Part shown: positions 39,388-49,436 of the stretch, piece by piece | How the letters are laid out: each line of letters starts with the position of its first letter | Numbering within the stretch: the stretch's first letter is position 1 | Virus record (IMG/VR): IMGVR_UViG_3300035034_002798 | Location: 1-64,000 of that record | Strand: one strand, 5' to 3' | Length of the DNA stretch: 64,000 bases | Source of the DNA: a virus | Program-made: the position numbers and the translations under genes | The notes under the pieces: model-generated | Told to the model about the DNA's origin: nothing | The model's database searches: none | Seen by the model: only the letters and a program-made list of their open reading frames with translations

Positions 39388-39555
39388 TTAATCGTTGTAA
39401 GTAATCATTACAGTATGTTCTGTCCCCTCATAAGGGATCAGATACGATTGATACTGAATATCTAAATAGTCGTGAGTTGTTAGAAATTCTCCAACCTCTT
39501 CTTCGAATTCCTTAATTGGCCTACTTCCTCGTTCTATAATTTTTATTCTTTTCAT
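39388..39555 (-). CDS. Cse60/DUF2758-like small protein (55 aa, not in ORF track)
   Basis: MKRIKII....KEFEEEVGEFL.....DIQYQ....HTVMITY; AAGGAGG SD. Confidence 0.5.
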   Translation of the reverse strand: MKRIKIIERGSRPIKEFEEEVGEFLTTHDYLDIQYQSYLIPYEGTEHTVMITYND

Positions 39556-39606
39556 CTACACCCCTCCTTAAATAAGAAAACCATCTCGATATGAGATGGC
39601 TATAAA

Positions 39607-39954
39607 TTATGCAGCTTCCTCAACTACAGTATCTTCTTCTGGTTTTTCTTCTGTCTCCTCGACCTCTTCTGTCTCCTCGACCTCTTCTAGTTCCTCAATC
39701 TCATTCACATATTCCTGCTCTCGACCAATTTCTTTTTTCCTTTTGATCATACCAAGAATGGTATCTTTAGTTACTGTCTTTTCAATCTCGATTCTTTCGA
39801 ATTCAAAGATGCTTTTTACCGAGATGGTATCTTTAATTTCATCTTCTTTAATCTTAAACTTTTCGATAAAATTATCTTTGGCCTCATCTTTATCAACTCC
39901 GTAAATTGAAGACTTATATCCTGGTTTGCTGCATTTAACGTTATATTTTGGCAT
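39607..39954 (-). CDS. hypothetical protein with acidic tail
   Basis: AGGAG SD; EEVEET repeats. Confidence 0.6.
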   Translation of the reverse strand: MPKYNVKCSKPGYKSSIYGVDKDEAKDNFIEKFKIKEDEIKDTISVKSIFEFERIEIEKTVTKDTILGMIKRKKEIGREQEYVNEIEELEEVEETEEVEETEEKPEEDTVVEEAA

Positions 39955-39964
39955 AAACTCACTC

Positions 39965-41215
39965 CTAACCTTTAATGACTGCTCTAGTTTTCATCTTATC
40001 TATTGGTTTTATTAAATCACTTTGCTGATCTATTACATTATGGATATCTTTATAAGCTCCCTTATATTCTTCAGTGATATCCTGTTTATTTTCTTTACCC
40101 AGGACTATGTTGTTAGCCTTGAGGTCTTCAATAACCTCTTGAACAGTGAATTCTTCTCGGGCTGCTGTTCTGGTATGTGTTCTACCTGCTCCGTGACTAC
40201 AGCTTTTAAAAGAGTCTTCATTGCCTAATCCCTCACAAATATAACTATAAGTACTCATTGAACCGGGTATAGGGATTATTTCTCCTTTTCTAGCTCTTAC
40301 CGCACCTTTACGGTGCACCATATAATTCTTTCTATCTATATTTTCATACGCTGCATAATTGTGATGGACATTCACATCAGTTTCAACATCATATCCATCA
40401 AAATCAGTATATTTAGTAATAGATTTTAATAATTTCTTTTCTGCTAACTTCATTATTTCTTCTCTATTAATCTCTGCAATTTCAAGAGCGAAGTTCATCC
40501 ATTTTAAGTAATCCTGACCTTCTTCAGAGTATAAAGGTAAAAAGGGTAGATTAACATTATCTGATAAAACATCAACATACCACTTCTTATTAAGTTTTTT
40601 AGCAAGATTACTAAAGTGCTTGTTTACCTTAGCTCCCACATTGCGGCTGCCGGTGTGAAGCATTATCCCAAGTTTTCCGTCTTTATTTTCTTGCAATTCC
40701 AGAAAATGGTTGCCGCCCCCAAGAGTTCCAACAACTTCAAAAGATTCTTTAACTGCATCTTCTAGGGGTGTGTTTTCTATTGCACCCGGGCCACCATCAA
40801 AGTCGTGAATTGCATTAAGTATTCTCATATTATCTTTATTTAACTCTGGATCTTTATGTTCAAACCCTGTAGGAAGGTCACGCATAATAGAACCTACAAG
40901 TTGTTGAGCAAGACTGCCAGAACCGGTCTTAACATCTAAGACTTCTATAGGTAGATTGGTTTGCTTAAAAGCAACGCCGCAGCCTATGTCACTAGACACA
41001 GCGGCAGGTATAATCACATCTTCAGTAGCAATAACACCACCAACAGGCATCTTAAAGCCGGTAGCGTGACAATCTGCCATTAATGCTATATGAGATTTAG
41101 CAAATGGTAAATCAGCTATAGCAAATGCTTCTTCCAGAGTAGTATCTTCTATCTGCATACTTCTTTCAAGCCAGACTTTTATGTCGACTCCTCTTTCATT
41201 TCTTATATTAAACAT
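39965..41215 (-). CDS. rtcB: RNA ligase RtcB
   Basis: ADCH, DIGCG, GTLGGGNHFLE, HTGSR, HHNY, HRKGA, PGSM, SHGAGR, AYKDI. Confidence 0.93.
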   Translation of the reverse strand: MFNIRNERGVDIKVWLERSMQIEDTTLEEAFAIADLPFAKSHIALMADCHATGFKMPVGGVIATEDVIIPAAVSSDIGCGVAFKQTNLPIEVLDVKTGSGSLAQQLVGSIMRDLPTGFEHKDPELNKDNMRILNAIHDFDGGPGAIENTPLEDAVKESFEVVGTLGGGNHFLELQENKDGKLGIMLHTGSRNVGAKVNKHFSNLAKKLNKKWYVDVLSDNVNLPFLPLYSEEGQDYLKWMNFALEIAEINREEIMKLAEKKLLKSITKYTDFDGYDVETDVNVHHNYAAYENIDRKNYMVHRKGAVRARKGEIIPIPGSMSTYSYICEGLGNEDSFKSCSHGAGRTHTRTAAREEFTVQEVIEDLKANNIVLGKENKQDITEEYKGAYKDIHNVIDQQSDLIKPIDKMKTRAVIKG

Positions 41216-41216
41216 T

Positions 41217-41705
41217 CTAGGCGCTCCTCTCTTGTGTTCCTGCAAATTCTTCGCGTGCCTGAAGATGAATTCTTAAATCCATCAGGTGCTTACCGAGATG
41301 ATTCTTACCCTCTTTATCGGTATTGGTGGCATTACCCCAATAGTCATCTCCCCAAAAATTAGTTTCTTCTAGATAAGCATCTCCAGTATCTAAAAGTCTT
41401 TGTGTGAGCTCGGGGTTTTGAGTAAATTTCTCGTAAAGCCCCTTCTTCATAACATCATGCTTTAAACCATCATCCCAGTCATCTCTTAATTTTACCTGTC
41501 TACCAATTTTTTTAGCTTCTCCAGGGCTGTCAAGATTTGAGATATACTTTCTTTTATTTAAGTCAAGAGTTTTCATTGCCTGGAAGAAATGTTCGTTTGT
41601 GGGGTAATAGATACCTCTAAACTCAAAACCGTATTCACTAAAATTGCTTAAAAAATTATATGGGCCCTCAAAACCTTCTACTTTAATATCACTAATATGA
41701 ATCAC
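41217..41705 (-). CDS. NADAR (YbiA-like) family hydrolase
   Basis: FLSNF, EHFFQAMK, AKKIGR, KFTQN..L...L..TG, D.YWG, GKNHLGK.LM. Confidence 0.9.
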   Translation of the reverse strand: MIHISDIKVEGFEGPYNFLSNFSEYGFEFRGIYYPTNEHFFQAMKTLDLNKRKYISNLDSPGEAKKIGRQVKLRDDWDDGLKHDVMKKGLYEKFTQNPELTQRLLDTGDAYLEETNFWGDDYWGNATNTDKEGKNHLGKHLMDLRIHLQAREEFAGTQERSA

Positions 41706-41708
41706 TCC

Positions 41709-42137
41709 TTAGAATGGTACTTTTACTTCTCTAAATAAATGGTTTTCTTTCTGCCTTTCTACAAATTTATCTATTTTTCTCATAGTTAGGTGTTCCATTT
41801 CTCGCGGGGACAATCGACTTGTGAATTTACATTCTGGATAGTTAGTACAACCCCAAAATCTCTGGTCATCTCTTTTATTGATTTTAGGTACTAGTTCACC
41901 ATCCTCACAACTTGGGCAGGTGTGATCGGTAAATACTTTTAAGTTGTAAAATGTTATAATATAGTCTTTTATTAGTTCCTGTCTTTTATCAACCATATTT
42001 ATACCAGAGTCTAGAACCACTTCTGCACCGCACTTGGGACAACGTGGTATATAATCTTCTTCTGAAGTCCCTATCCAAAACTTTTCCTCACAAGAAGGGC
42101 AATCATATTCATAAACGACCTGTTTATCTGATTTCAT
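41709..42137 (-). CDS. zinc-ribbon protein with topoisomerase C4-type finger
   Basis: CPSC...CPKCG and CPSC.DG.L...FWGCTNYPECKFT. Confidence 0.75.
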   Translation of the reverse strand: MKSDKQVVYEYDCPSCEEKFWIGTSEEDYIPRCPKCGAEVVLDSGINMVDKRQELIKDYIITFYNLKVFTDHTCPSCEDGELVPKINKRDDQRFWGCTNYPECKFTSRLSPREMEHLTMRKIDKFVERQKENHLFREVKVPF

Positions 42138-42175
42138 ATAGGCCCTCCTTTTCTGTAATTCAATAATGTAATATC

Positions 42176-42204
42176 AGTATATCATTTAGTAATACAAAAA
42201 TCAA
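42176..42204 (-). promoter_or_regulatory. sigmaA-type promoter with GTAATAC motif
   Basis: TTGATT-17-TATACT with TG extension. Confidence 0.7.
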
Positions 42205-42247
42205 ATGCTAAAATAAGGGGGCGGGAAGCCCCCAGTATTAGAGTTTA

Positions 42248-42712
42248 TTAAAAAGGTACATCCTTGTCATTACCATTGTTATAGTTTTGAGCCTGGCTGG
42301 CGTTCTGTCTCTGGTTAGGTGCAACCTGTTGCTGATTTCTGTATTGCTGTTGCTGGCCATTGTTCTGCTGATACTGATTGTTCTGGTTGTTACCGTTATT
42401 CTTATTAGGTGAATCTAAAAACTTCACGTTATCAGCCACAAACTCGTGACCGTATTCTTTCTCGCCATTCTTTTCAGTTACATAAGAACGATAACTACAC
42501 TCTACGGCAACTAAACGGCCTTTGCTGAGGTGTTTTGCACAAATCTCTCCAAGACCGTTCCAAGCTGAGATAGGAGGATAGTCAACAGGTCTGTCACCAT
42601 TATCGTCGCTGTAATTTCTTTCAACAGCCAAAGTCATCAAGGTCTTATTGCGTCCGTTTACAGTAAATACGTTAGGGTCCCTTACTAATCTTCCCACAAA
42701 TGTTGTACTCAT
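42248..42712 (-). CDS. ssb: second single-stranded DNA-binding protein
   Basis: VGRLVRDP, LAVER, KGRLVAVE, ADNVKFLD, Q/N linker, DVPF tail. Confidence 0.92.
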   Translation of the reverse strand: MSTTFVGRLVRDPNVFTVNGRNKTLMTLAVERNYSDDNGDRPVDYPPISAWNGLGEICAKHLSKGRLVAVECSYRSYVTEKNGEKEYGHEFVADNVKFLDSPNKNNGNNQNNQYQQNNGQQQQYRNQQQVAPNQRQNASQAQNYNNGNDKDVPF

Positions 42713-42754
42713 AAAATTCCACTCTCCTTAAAGTTTTTTAGTTTAATGTTATGC

Positions 42755-43186
42755 CTATACAGCCTGTCTTTTAAGCTTAGACTCCTCATAGTAATCAATA
42801 AACATATCTTTATTAGATTCTGACATAAAAAAGCTTTCAATTTCCTCACAAATACTTATTATATTAAGGTGACTGCCTGCCACACTTGATTTAGACATTC
42901 CTGAGACAACAGGAGAGGAATCTATATCCTCTAAAATTCCCTCGTGAACCTCTTTTTCAACAGCGATAAACTTAAGTACAGTGTTTATAAAATCCCTACC
43001 AGTATCCTTAAAATTGTGATTATTATACACTTCATAATAGTTATCGAGTATCATCTTATTCTCAACTAGAAACTCATAGAAGTTCCTAAGCTGTAATAAT
43101 CTGATATCCTGTATCTTTTGACCAGAAGTCTCATCTAACATTTGATTGTAATCAGATAAAACTGAATCTATAATATCTCCAATCAT
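42755..43186 (-). CDS. hypothetical protein
   Basis: AAGGAGGTG SD. Confidence 0.6.
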   Translation of the reverse strand: MIGDIIDSVLSDYNQMLDETSGQKIQDIRLLQLRNFYEFLVENKMILDNYYEVYNNHNFKDTGRDFINTVLKFIAVEKEVHEGILEDIDSSPVVSGMSKSSVAGSHLNIISICEEIESFFMSESNKDMFIDYYEESKLKRQAV

Positions 43187-43254
43187 CTAATTCACCTCCT
43201 TTAGAGTAAATTAATTGTAAAAAAGAAAAATGTTTATTTAATCTAATTTAAACG

Positions 43255-43316
43255 AGCTGGAATAACCAAGACTGTCAAATGGTTTTCTTGACAGTTGCCG
43301 GTTATGGAAGCATTCT
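43255..43316 (+). promoter_or_regulatory. dispersed hairpin element H5
   Basis: ACTGTCAA-atggttttc-TTGACAGT, ATAACC/GGTTAT; TTGACA-17-CATTCT. Confidence 0.65.
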
Positions 43317-43411
43317 TTTGAACTTATTGGAGAAAGTCAGTGAAAATACTAAAAAGCGATTTAAACTTATTTAGCTTAGTCAGTAATTTATGTTTTTTAT
43401 CATCTTTTTCT

Positions 43412-43891
43412 CTATACAGCGCAATCACTCCTAATATCGAATTTTATTTCTGGATAATCTCTTTTAATTGAGGTATAATTTTTGGTACTTACTACAAGAT
43501 GGTCAATAATCGGAATATTAAGCAGAATACCTGCTTCTATTAAATTCTCAGTAACTCTGATATCATCATCACTTGGCGTACTGCGGTCACTTGTGTGGTT
43601 ATGCGCTAGAACAATTGCCGTTGCATTCATCAAAATAGCGGCCTGAAAAACACTTGAGGTATCAAATATTGCTTTATTGATAGAACCTCTTGAAATTTCC
43701 ATATAACCTATGACATTATTGTTATTATTTAGTCCTACAGCAACCATTATTTCTTTTGGCCGAAGGTCTAATTCGACCTCTCTTACCAGAAAATCATAAA
43801 AACTTGTGGGATCAGTTACCTTATATTCAGCAGACATTTCTTTTTCCTTGACTGGTTTCAATCTCAAGTCATATTCTTTTATCACTCTCAT
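43412..43891 (-). CDS. RadC-like JAB domain protein
   Basis: E...L...N.VIG...IS.GS, AHNHTS....PS.DD, IDHLVV. Confidence 0.88.
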   Translation of the reverse strand: MRVIKEYDLRLKPVKEKEMSAEYKVTDPTSFYDFLVREVELDLRPKEIMVAVGLNNNNNVIGYMEISRGSINKAIFDTSSVFQAAILMNATAIVLAHNHTSDRSTPSDDDIRVTENLIEAGILLNIPIIDHLVVSTKNYTSIKRDYPEIKFDIRSDCAV

Positions 43892-43903
43892 ATTTTCTCC
43901 TTT

Positions 43904-44221
43904 CTAAAAAGGGCAGGTACTTATAGTCTCATTATCTACCTGTACCTGCCGCTCTTTTAAGTCATCATGGTCTGCACGCTGGCCCGGGCCATTGCAACTT
44001 GTCTTATAGATAGAACAATTAGAACAAGAATCAAGGCCGAGAGTAGAGGCCATCTCAACAGTTTTTTGATACGTCTCACAATCCGCCTCACAACAGGGCG
44101 TATCAATATAGCAATTATCACACTTTTTTGAACGTATTTTTCTAAAGTGGCTTGGATGTGAGTCTAGATTGTGTAAAGTTGAGGTGCGGCTAAAAGTCTT
44201 CGGTGGTTTAATCATATACAT
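43904..44221 (-). CDS. Cys-rich hypothetical protein
   Basis: Nine Cys; start moved to MYMIK behind AAAGGAG. Confidence 0.55.
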   Translation of the reverse strand: MYMIKPPKTFSRTSTLHNLDSHPSHFRKIRSKKCDNCYIDTPCCEADCETYQKTVEMASTLGLDSCSNCSIYKTSCNGPGQRADHDDLKERQVQVDNETISTCPF

Positions 44222-44309
44222 CGGAGCTCCTTTACCGATAGTATCCACCTTCTTTGTAGTATGCAGTGTGTTGCCAAAATAACATATTATTACCCCCTGT
44301 ATTGTCTGT

Positions 44310-44440
44310 TTAATCTGGTTTTATTGTTTCTATTTTTTCATCACTGATATCCTGATTGCAGTACGGACAAATCCACTCCCCCCCTTTTTTCTTGAGCTGT
44401 AAGATTTATCACCACATTCGGGACATTTTTTCATATACAT
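44310..44440 (-). pseudogene. small zinc-ribbon gene broken at an A/G homopolymer tract
   Basis: MKKCPECGDKSYSS in one frame and EWICPYCNQDIS in another, joined by a 13-nt A/G run at 44378-44390. Confidence 0.55.
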
Positions 44441-44452
44441 TTTCCTCACCTC

Positions 44453-44914
44453 CTACTTTAATGAATAAATATAAAGTTGCTTATCTGATTCAGAATATAC
44501 GTGTTTTATTATATTCTTAACTTTATTCCAGTCGCCGCCGGCAAGGCCGCAACCGATGAATTTCGGGATAGCAACAGCTCCTTCAAAGCTGTCTCTTAAC
44601 TTAATAAGACATATCTGGAGTGCTTGATAGTCCGTGTATCGTTTATCTCTGCCATATCCATACTGACTAAACATATTGACAACTGCTTTATCGTTCTCAG
44701 TTTCAATTACCTGTATCTTACCTAATAGATCGTCAACCTTATCGTGAGCCATCTTATATTGAGCAAAAACTTCTGGATAGGAGTTTTTTATCTGTTTTGC
44801 AAGTCCTGCACCCATCACACCCTTGCAATTAACCTGGTGAGCGATGGCAACTACATCATCTCTATTGAAAGCACTTAGTAAATCTCCTTTAATATTAGTG
44901 AACAAATGAACCAA
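44453..44914 (-). CDS. macrodomain (ADP-ribose processing) protein
   Basis: KGDLL, AHQVNC.GVMGAGLAKQI, AIP..IGCGLAGGDW. Confidence 0.9.
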   Translation of the reverse strand: MVHLFTNIKGDLLSAFNRDDVVAIAHQVNCKGVMGAGLAKQIKNSYPEVFAQYKMAHDKVDDLLGKIQVIETENDKAVVNMFSQYGYGRDKRYTDYQALQICLIKLRDSFEGAVAIPKFIGCGLAGGDWNKVKNIIKHVYSESDKQLYIYSLK

Positions 44915-44949
44915 CTCCTTAAAATATTTTATTAATCTACCCTAAATAA

Positions 44950-45013
44950 ACCGAAAACGACCAAGACTGTCAAATGGTTTTCTTGACAGTAGCCGGCCGT
45001 TGTAGGTAGGTCT
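44950..45013 (+). promoter_or_regulatory. dispersed hairpin element H6
   Basis: Core identical to H5 (CCAAGACTGTCAAATGGTTTTCTTGACAGT) with different, still pairing outer arms; TTGACA-18-TAGGTC(T). Confidence 0.65.
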
Positions 45014-47041
45014 TTACCAACTTGTATATGAAAGCTCCTTGTTTTCCGTCCATTCATTGACAAAATCTAACGCGTCTTCTGGTGGTTTATTGTTGTGCTT
45101 TGATTTGACCTGCACAACATCATCTCCTCTTACTTCAACTGTTGCGACTCTCTCGTTGTCTTTAGTTCTTAAAAAGTAAATCTTACATGAACCCCGAGCC
45201 AGCATCTTATCGTATGTGCCAACGCAATGACCCATTTCCATTCCCTCTTTGCTCAACTCTTCTAGTGATTGAGGAGTTTTAATCACATAATGGTCACCAT
45301 CAAACTCTAGTTTCTTGTTTTCTTCATATCTTTCATTATAGGCTTTGTTTAATCTTTTATTTTTGTTCTTGTTATAAAGGTCGGTTAAATTGTCATGAAT
45401 ATCTACAAGTTCAGATACAGAATAAGAAATTATGTCTAAATTCAAATCCATACCTTCTTGTATTAAGTCCTCATATATTCTATATGAATCTCTATATAGA
45501 TACATATCGTTATCAGAAAAGATTTTGTGTAATTTACTCTTAATCATTGTCATATCACCATTGTAATATCTAAGTAAATCTTTAAATAACTGTTTATTAT
45601 AAGTATCATAAGTAGATTCAAATACGTCATCATCTTCGATATCATCGTCTAATATAAATTTACGAAAAAACTTAATAAACTTTTTCATTTGTTTAGAATT
45701 AATTATATCTCTACCATTATCGAGACCAAACAATTTATAGATTTCAAGAGAAGTAAGGAAACCATCATAACTTCTAATATAGTAGTTTTTAGTTATCTCT
45801 CTCAAAAGAGGTTTAGTTATCTCTCTGTTAAAAATAGTAGATAGTACTTTTTCTGGTGCTCCTGTAAAATCACCTCTGGGGTAGTTCTCAAGCATTGAAA
45901 GTACTATAAAATCAATAAGAAGTTTGTTATCTACATTATCGTATATAAACTGCAGTAGATCCTTTAACTCTGGATTTCTATTTATTACAGCTAAATAGTG
46001 AGGTAATTTTCTTATTATAGTTTGATTGATTTTCTCCATAGACGGAATCTTTCTAAAAGGTTCAACTACCTCAGTTTTGGCTGATTTGTCAGTAAAGACA
46101 GAATCAATAGCACTTTCTATGAATTCTACTTTAAACTTTTTCCTAGCAAATGCTCTATATAATTGAATCTTTTCGGTATCACCAACATAAGTACTATGAT
46201 GTGTTTTAAGGGCACGAACTCTGAATTGCTGATATTCGTGATTTTTAAATAGATAGAAACTTCGTCCGCTTTTTAAATTTAATACTATTTTGTTGTGATA
46301 TTTTATTTCAAAGTATCTTTTACCACTCTTTATATTATAGCCAGATTCCAATCTCTTAGATGACACCTTAATTTTACTACCATCTTCGAAAAAATCTTGA
46401 TAAGCTTCAACGCTTTGTGGTGTAGGGTTCTGTACCAATTGCTTAAAGTTAGAATTCAAGCACTCTGAACAGACTGTCTTTATACGGTGTCGCTTCAAAT
46501 CGCCATCCATTAAAACTCCGTGTATTTTTACCCCCCGGGTTTTAACCTCATCTTCATGTCCACAAGAACAAAAATAGTGGGACTCCATTAATCTTTCAGA
46601 AACATTATAATGCTTATATGATATAGAGTAAGTTCTATCCTTTGTATCTGATAGCCTAACATCGAACGATAAAAGCTTTTTTATAAATAATTCATACAAA
46701 TTTTTTCTAAAGTTAATTCTTATTTCTTTTTCACTGTTATAATAGTGATTAACTTCAGCATTATCTTCTTTAAAACGGTCTAGATAAGTCATAAACCTCT
46801 TGAATACGTCAAATATTTTTCTTGGTTTTATCTTCTTTATTATTTCAATAAGTTCTACCTCTTGAGATACGAGACTTATTTTTTTATAAATGTCAGTGCT
46901 GCTGTCTAAACCGCTCAGAAGAGATAACATTGTAGCTTTTGTTACTTTTTTGATGTTATTTTTGCAATTGTCTTTATCACAATAATGCATTAGAGCCTCA
47001 CCAAAACCCTCTTCGCCAATATAAAGCGCTTGAATGTCCAT
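45014..47041 (-). CDS. PcfJ-domain protein
   Basis: C-terminal HD.L...P.S..EL..EG..M.HCVGTY...IYFLR...ATVEV....QVK...N. Confidence 0.8.
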   Translation of the reverse strand: MDIQALYIGEEGFGEALMHYCDKDNCKNNIKKVTKATMLSLLSGLDSSTDIYKKISLVSQEVELIEIIKKIKPRKIFDVFKRFMTYLDRFKEDNAEVNHYYNSEKEIRINFRKNLYELFIKKLLSFDVRLSDTKDRTYSISYKHYNVSERLMESHYFCSCGHEDEVKTRGVKIHGVLMDGDLKRHRIKTVCSECLNSNFKQLVQNPTPQSVEAYQDFFEDGSKIKVSSKRLESGYNIKSGKRYFEIKYHNKIVLNLKSGRSFYLFKNHEYQQFRVRALKTHHSTYVGDTEKIQLYRAFARKKFKVEFIESAIDSVFTDKSAKTEVVEPFRKIPSMEKINQTIIRKLPHYLAVINRNPELKDLLQFIYDNVDNKLLIDFIVLSMLENYPRGDFTGAPEKVLSTIFNREITKPLLREITKNYYIRSYDGFLTSLEIYKLFGLDNGRDIINSKQMKKFIKFFRKFILDDDIEDDDVFESTYDTYNKQLFKDLLRYYNGDMTMIKSKLHKIFSDNDMYLYRDSYRIYEDLIQEGMDLNLDIISYSVSELVDIHDNLTDLYNKNKNKRLNKAYNERYEENKKLEFDGDHYVIKTPQSLEELSKEGMEMGHCVGTYDKMLARGSCKIYFLRTKDNERVATVEVRGDDVVQVKSKHNNKPPEDALDFVNEWTENKELSYTSW

Positions 47042-47191
47042 TGTTTAAGCACTCCTTTCATTTTCGTATAAGAATTCCTGTTTGATATTTTCTAATCATA
47101 CTATCCTGCTTTTATATTATTAAAGAAACATGATTGTTTAGTATTAAAATATTAAGTTATTATAATAATTTAATATTTTAGTAACAAAGTA

Positions 47192-47220
47192 AACCCCGCT
47201 AATTAAAGCGGGGTTCTTTT
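47192..47220. terminator. bidirectional intrinsic terminator
   Basis: AACCCCGCT/AGCGGGGTT stem with T-rich flanks. Confidence 0.65.
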
Positions 47221-47225
47221 ATATA

Positions 47226-47609
47226 TTATTTAATTATTTTTACAGCATCATTAACCGTAAAACATTTTAGATATAGTTTTGTTCTATTTATTGAACTGTC
47301 AATATCATAAACTGGCTCATTAAATTTAACATCAAAACAACCATCGCTAAAAATAATCTTACCTTCTATCCAATTGCCCTTGTGATTTAAAGCAAGCGTG
47401 TTTATTTTAACTTCATCTTTATTGTATATTCTGTTATCCCTTTTATCCTTCATGCCTGTGTATTGACCCACAGTTTCGGGAATAACTTCATTTTCTTTTG
47501 TGTCTATATATACTTTGCCGTCACGACCGTGTATTAGATCACCATATACATAATGACCAAGCTCTTTGTGTTTGCCCTTGAAATGTATTTCATCTATTTC
47601 CATTTTCAT
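47226..47609 (-). CDS. YopX family protein
   Basis: I.FKGK......VYGDL, VIPETVGQYTG.KDK....IY..D. Confidence 0.85.
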   Translation of the reverse strand: MKMEIDEIHFKGKHKELGHYVYGDLIHGRDGKVYIDTKENEVIPETVGQYTGMKDKRDNRIYNKDEVKINTLALNHKGNWIEGKIIFSDGCFDVKFNEPVYDIDSSINRTKLYLKCFTVNDAVKIIK

Positions 47610-47811
47610 TTATAATCACCCTTTGCATTGTTTAGAAGAACTAACATTTTTTATTATTTGATTTATTCTTTCTTTATATATTTTTATTCTTTTTTCTGAA
47701 TCAGGTTTTTTTCTGATAGGTGGGTATAAACATATCAAAACCAGATAAAAAACTACTGAAGGTTATCATTAACATCATCTCCTAATAATTTTATTTAATT
47801 CAACTATCACA

Positions 47812-47874
47812 TACCTGTGTGAGCAAGTTCGTCAAACGGTCTTCTTGACGAGCACAGCTCTAAACAGGTAGATT
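47812..47874 (+). promoter_or_regulatory. dispersed hairpin element H7
   Basis: GTTCGTCAA-acggtcttc-TTGACGAGC, GAGC/GCTC, TACCTGT/ACAGGTA; TTGACG-18-TAGATT. Confidence 0.65.
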
Positions 47875-48505
47875 AGTTTTTGACCTTTTTGCGGATACTA
47901 TTTAAGTTTAAATTCCATACAGGGATGCGATCCTGTACTTTTTCTGATAGGTACTGTGGTCCATCTCTGAAAATAGCAATAAAAACTGTGTTATTTGTTT
48001 TAACATTGATAATTGAGTTAAATTCGTGCTCTCTATGCCGAAGGCCGTCTATATAGTCAGCTCTATCTGGGTCTTCGATAGTTTCGCTGGCCCAGGCATA
48101 CTGGGCATTTGATATATTAGAGTTTCTTAAAGCCTGCTTGGCGTCCTCAACAATCTCATCTGATCTTGAAGCATGTTCAACTATAAATGCCTTATCATAA
48201 GCTTCTACCTTTTCCAGTTTATTTCTGATATACATATTTTCATCGGAAATGGTGCGCGGCAGAACAACAACAAACTTGGCATTCATATTCATTAAAGCTT
48301 CCATAAAGTGTATAGACTGACTAATAGCTGGAAGAGCAAACACATAACCCTGATTGTGCAACTGTCCCAACTTAGACATAATAGGCTTTCTAATTAATTG
48401 ATACTCCCTGTAAGAGATACGGGGCAGGTCGATTACACACCAGTTAGAATATTTTCTTGTTAAGGAACCTAGTCCATCATTTGTTGAATACTGAGTATAA
48501 GCCAT
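47873..48505 (-). CDS. hypothetical protein (weak SLOG/YspA-like alpha/beta pattern)
   Basis: AAGGAGG SD; fold guess only. Confidence 0.5.
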   Translation of the reverse strand: MAYTQYSTNDGLGSLTRKYSNWCVIDLPRISYREYQLIRKPIMSKLGQLHNQGYVFALPAISQSIHFMEALMNMNAKFVVVLPRTISDENMYIRNKLEKVEAYDKAFIVEHASRSDEIVEDAKQALRNSNISNAQYAWASETIEDPDRADYIDGLRHREHEFNSIINVKTNNTVFIAIFRDGPQYLSEKVQDRIPVWNLNLNSIRKKVKN

Positions 48506-48569
48506 TTTAATTCCTCCTTATAATATTTGCCCCCGAGTAGATAAAACCCGAGGGCGCAGACAAGGTAAA

Positions 48570-49421
48570 CTATGCAGCCATCAACTTAACTGTGTTCTCT
48601 AAATAAAACTTAAAGTCGCTCCAGTGATAACCTGGTAGAGCAAGTAACTCCCTTAAGTCTCTATCAACAACTAATCTCATATCAACCAACTGTTTAAGAT
48701 ACTTTGTTTTATCTAACTCCTCAGAATGAACTGTGTCTCCCTTATAGGTAAAGGTAAACTTTAAGACGTCTCTTAACTCATCATGCATTAAGTTAACATC
48801 AACTACGTTTTCATCTTTATTGAGAATTTCATCTTCCTGTATAAGTTCAACAATTTTACTTAGCTCTTCAACTAATGCATTTTCATCATTCATATAAGGC
48901 TCAAGCTCGGGTTCGGAGTAGAGCTGATATAATGAATCTTGACCATCAATGAAAGACTGAATTAAATCAGATAACTTAATCTCTTTTGCAGTAGCGATAG
49001 TTTTAAATGAAATCTGTTCTTCTGATTCTGAGATTACCTTTTCTAAGATGTCTTTATGATGCTGGACGGTAAATAATTCCTCGTTCTCCTCAACAAATGA
49101 ATCATCATAAACTGATTTAGATAGCTCTAAAGACTGTTCTGATACCTTTATATCGATTGTTTCATCTTCACTGAGACCAGGATTAAAGTTACTAAGACTT
49201 ACTTTATAACTATTTCCATCCTCTGTTATAAGTGTCTTACCAATCTGATTTTCATTAGTAAGCAATAAAAGCATAGGAACCATATCAAATCCGCCATAAA
49301 CACCAACAGAATCTTCAGCCATCTCTTCAGGTAAAAGACCACTCTCTTTATTTGTCTTAATTGCGTCCATCCAACCTTCAAAAAACTCTTTTACATTAAC
49401 ATTCTTTATCATAATTATCAT
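48570..49421 (-). CDS. acidic hypothetical protein
   Basis: 283-aa ORF, AGGAG SD. Confidence 0.6.
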   Translation of the reverse strand: MIIMIKNVNVKEFFEGWMDAIKTNKESGLLPEEMAEDSVGVYGGFDMVPMLLLLTNENQIGKTLITEDGNSYKVSLSNFNPGLSEDETIDIKVSEQSLELSKSVYDDSFVEENEELFTVQHHKDILEKVISESEEQISFKTIATAKEIKLSDLIQSFIDGQDSLYQLYSEPELEPYMNDENALVEELSKIVELIQEDEILNKDENVVDVNLMHDELRDVLKFTFTYKGDTVHSEELDKTKYLKQLVDMRLVVDRDLRELLALPGYHWSDFKFYLENTVKLMAA

Positions 49422-49436
49422 CTCCTATAAGTATTT

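Noticed and set aside
39649-39688. 18-bp tandem duplication
   Set aside because: Ordinary low-complexity acidic coding repeat (EEVEET)
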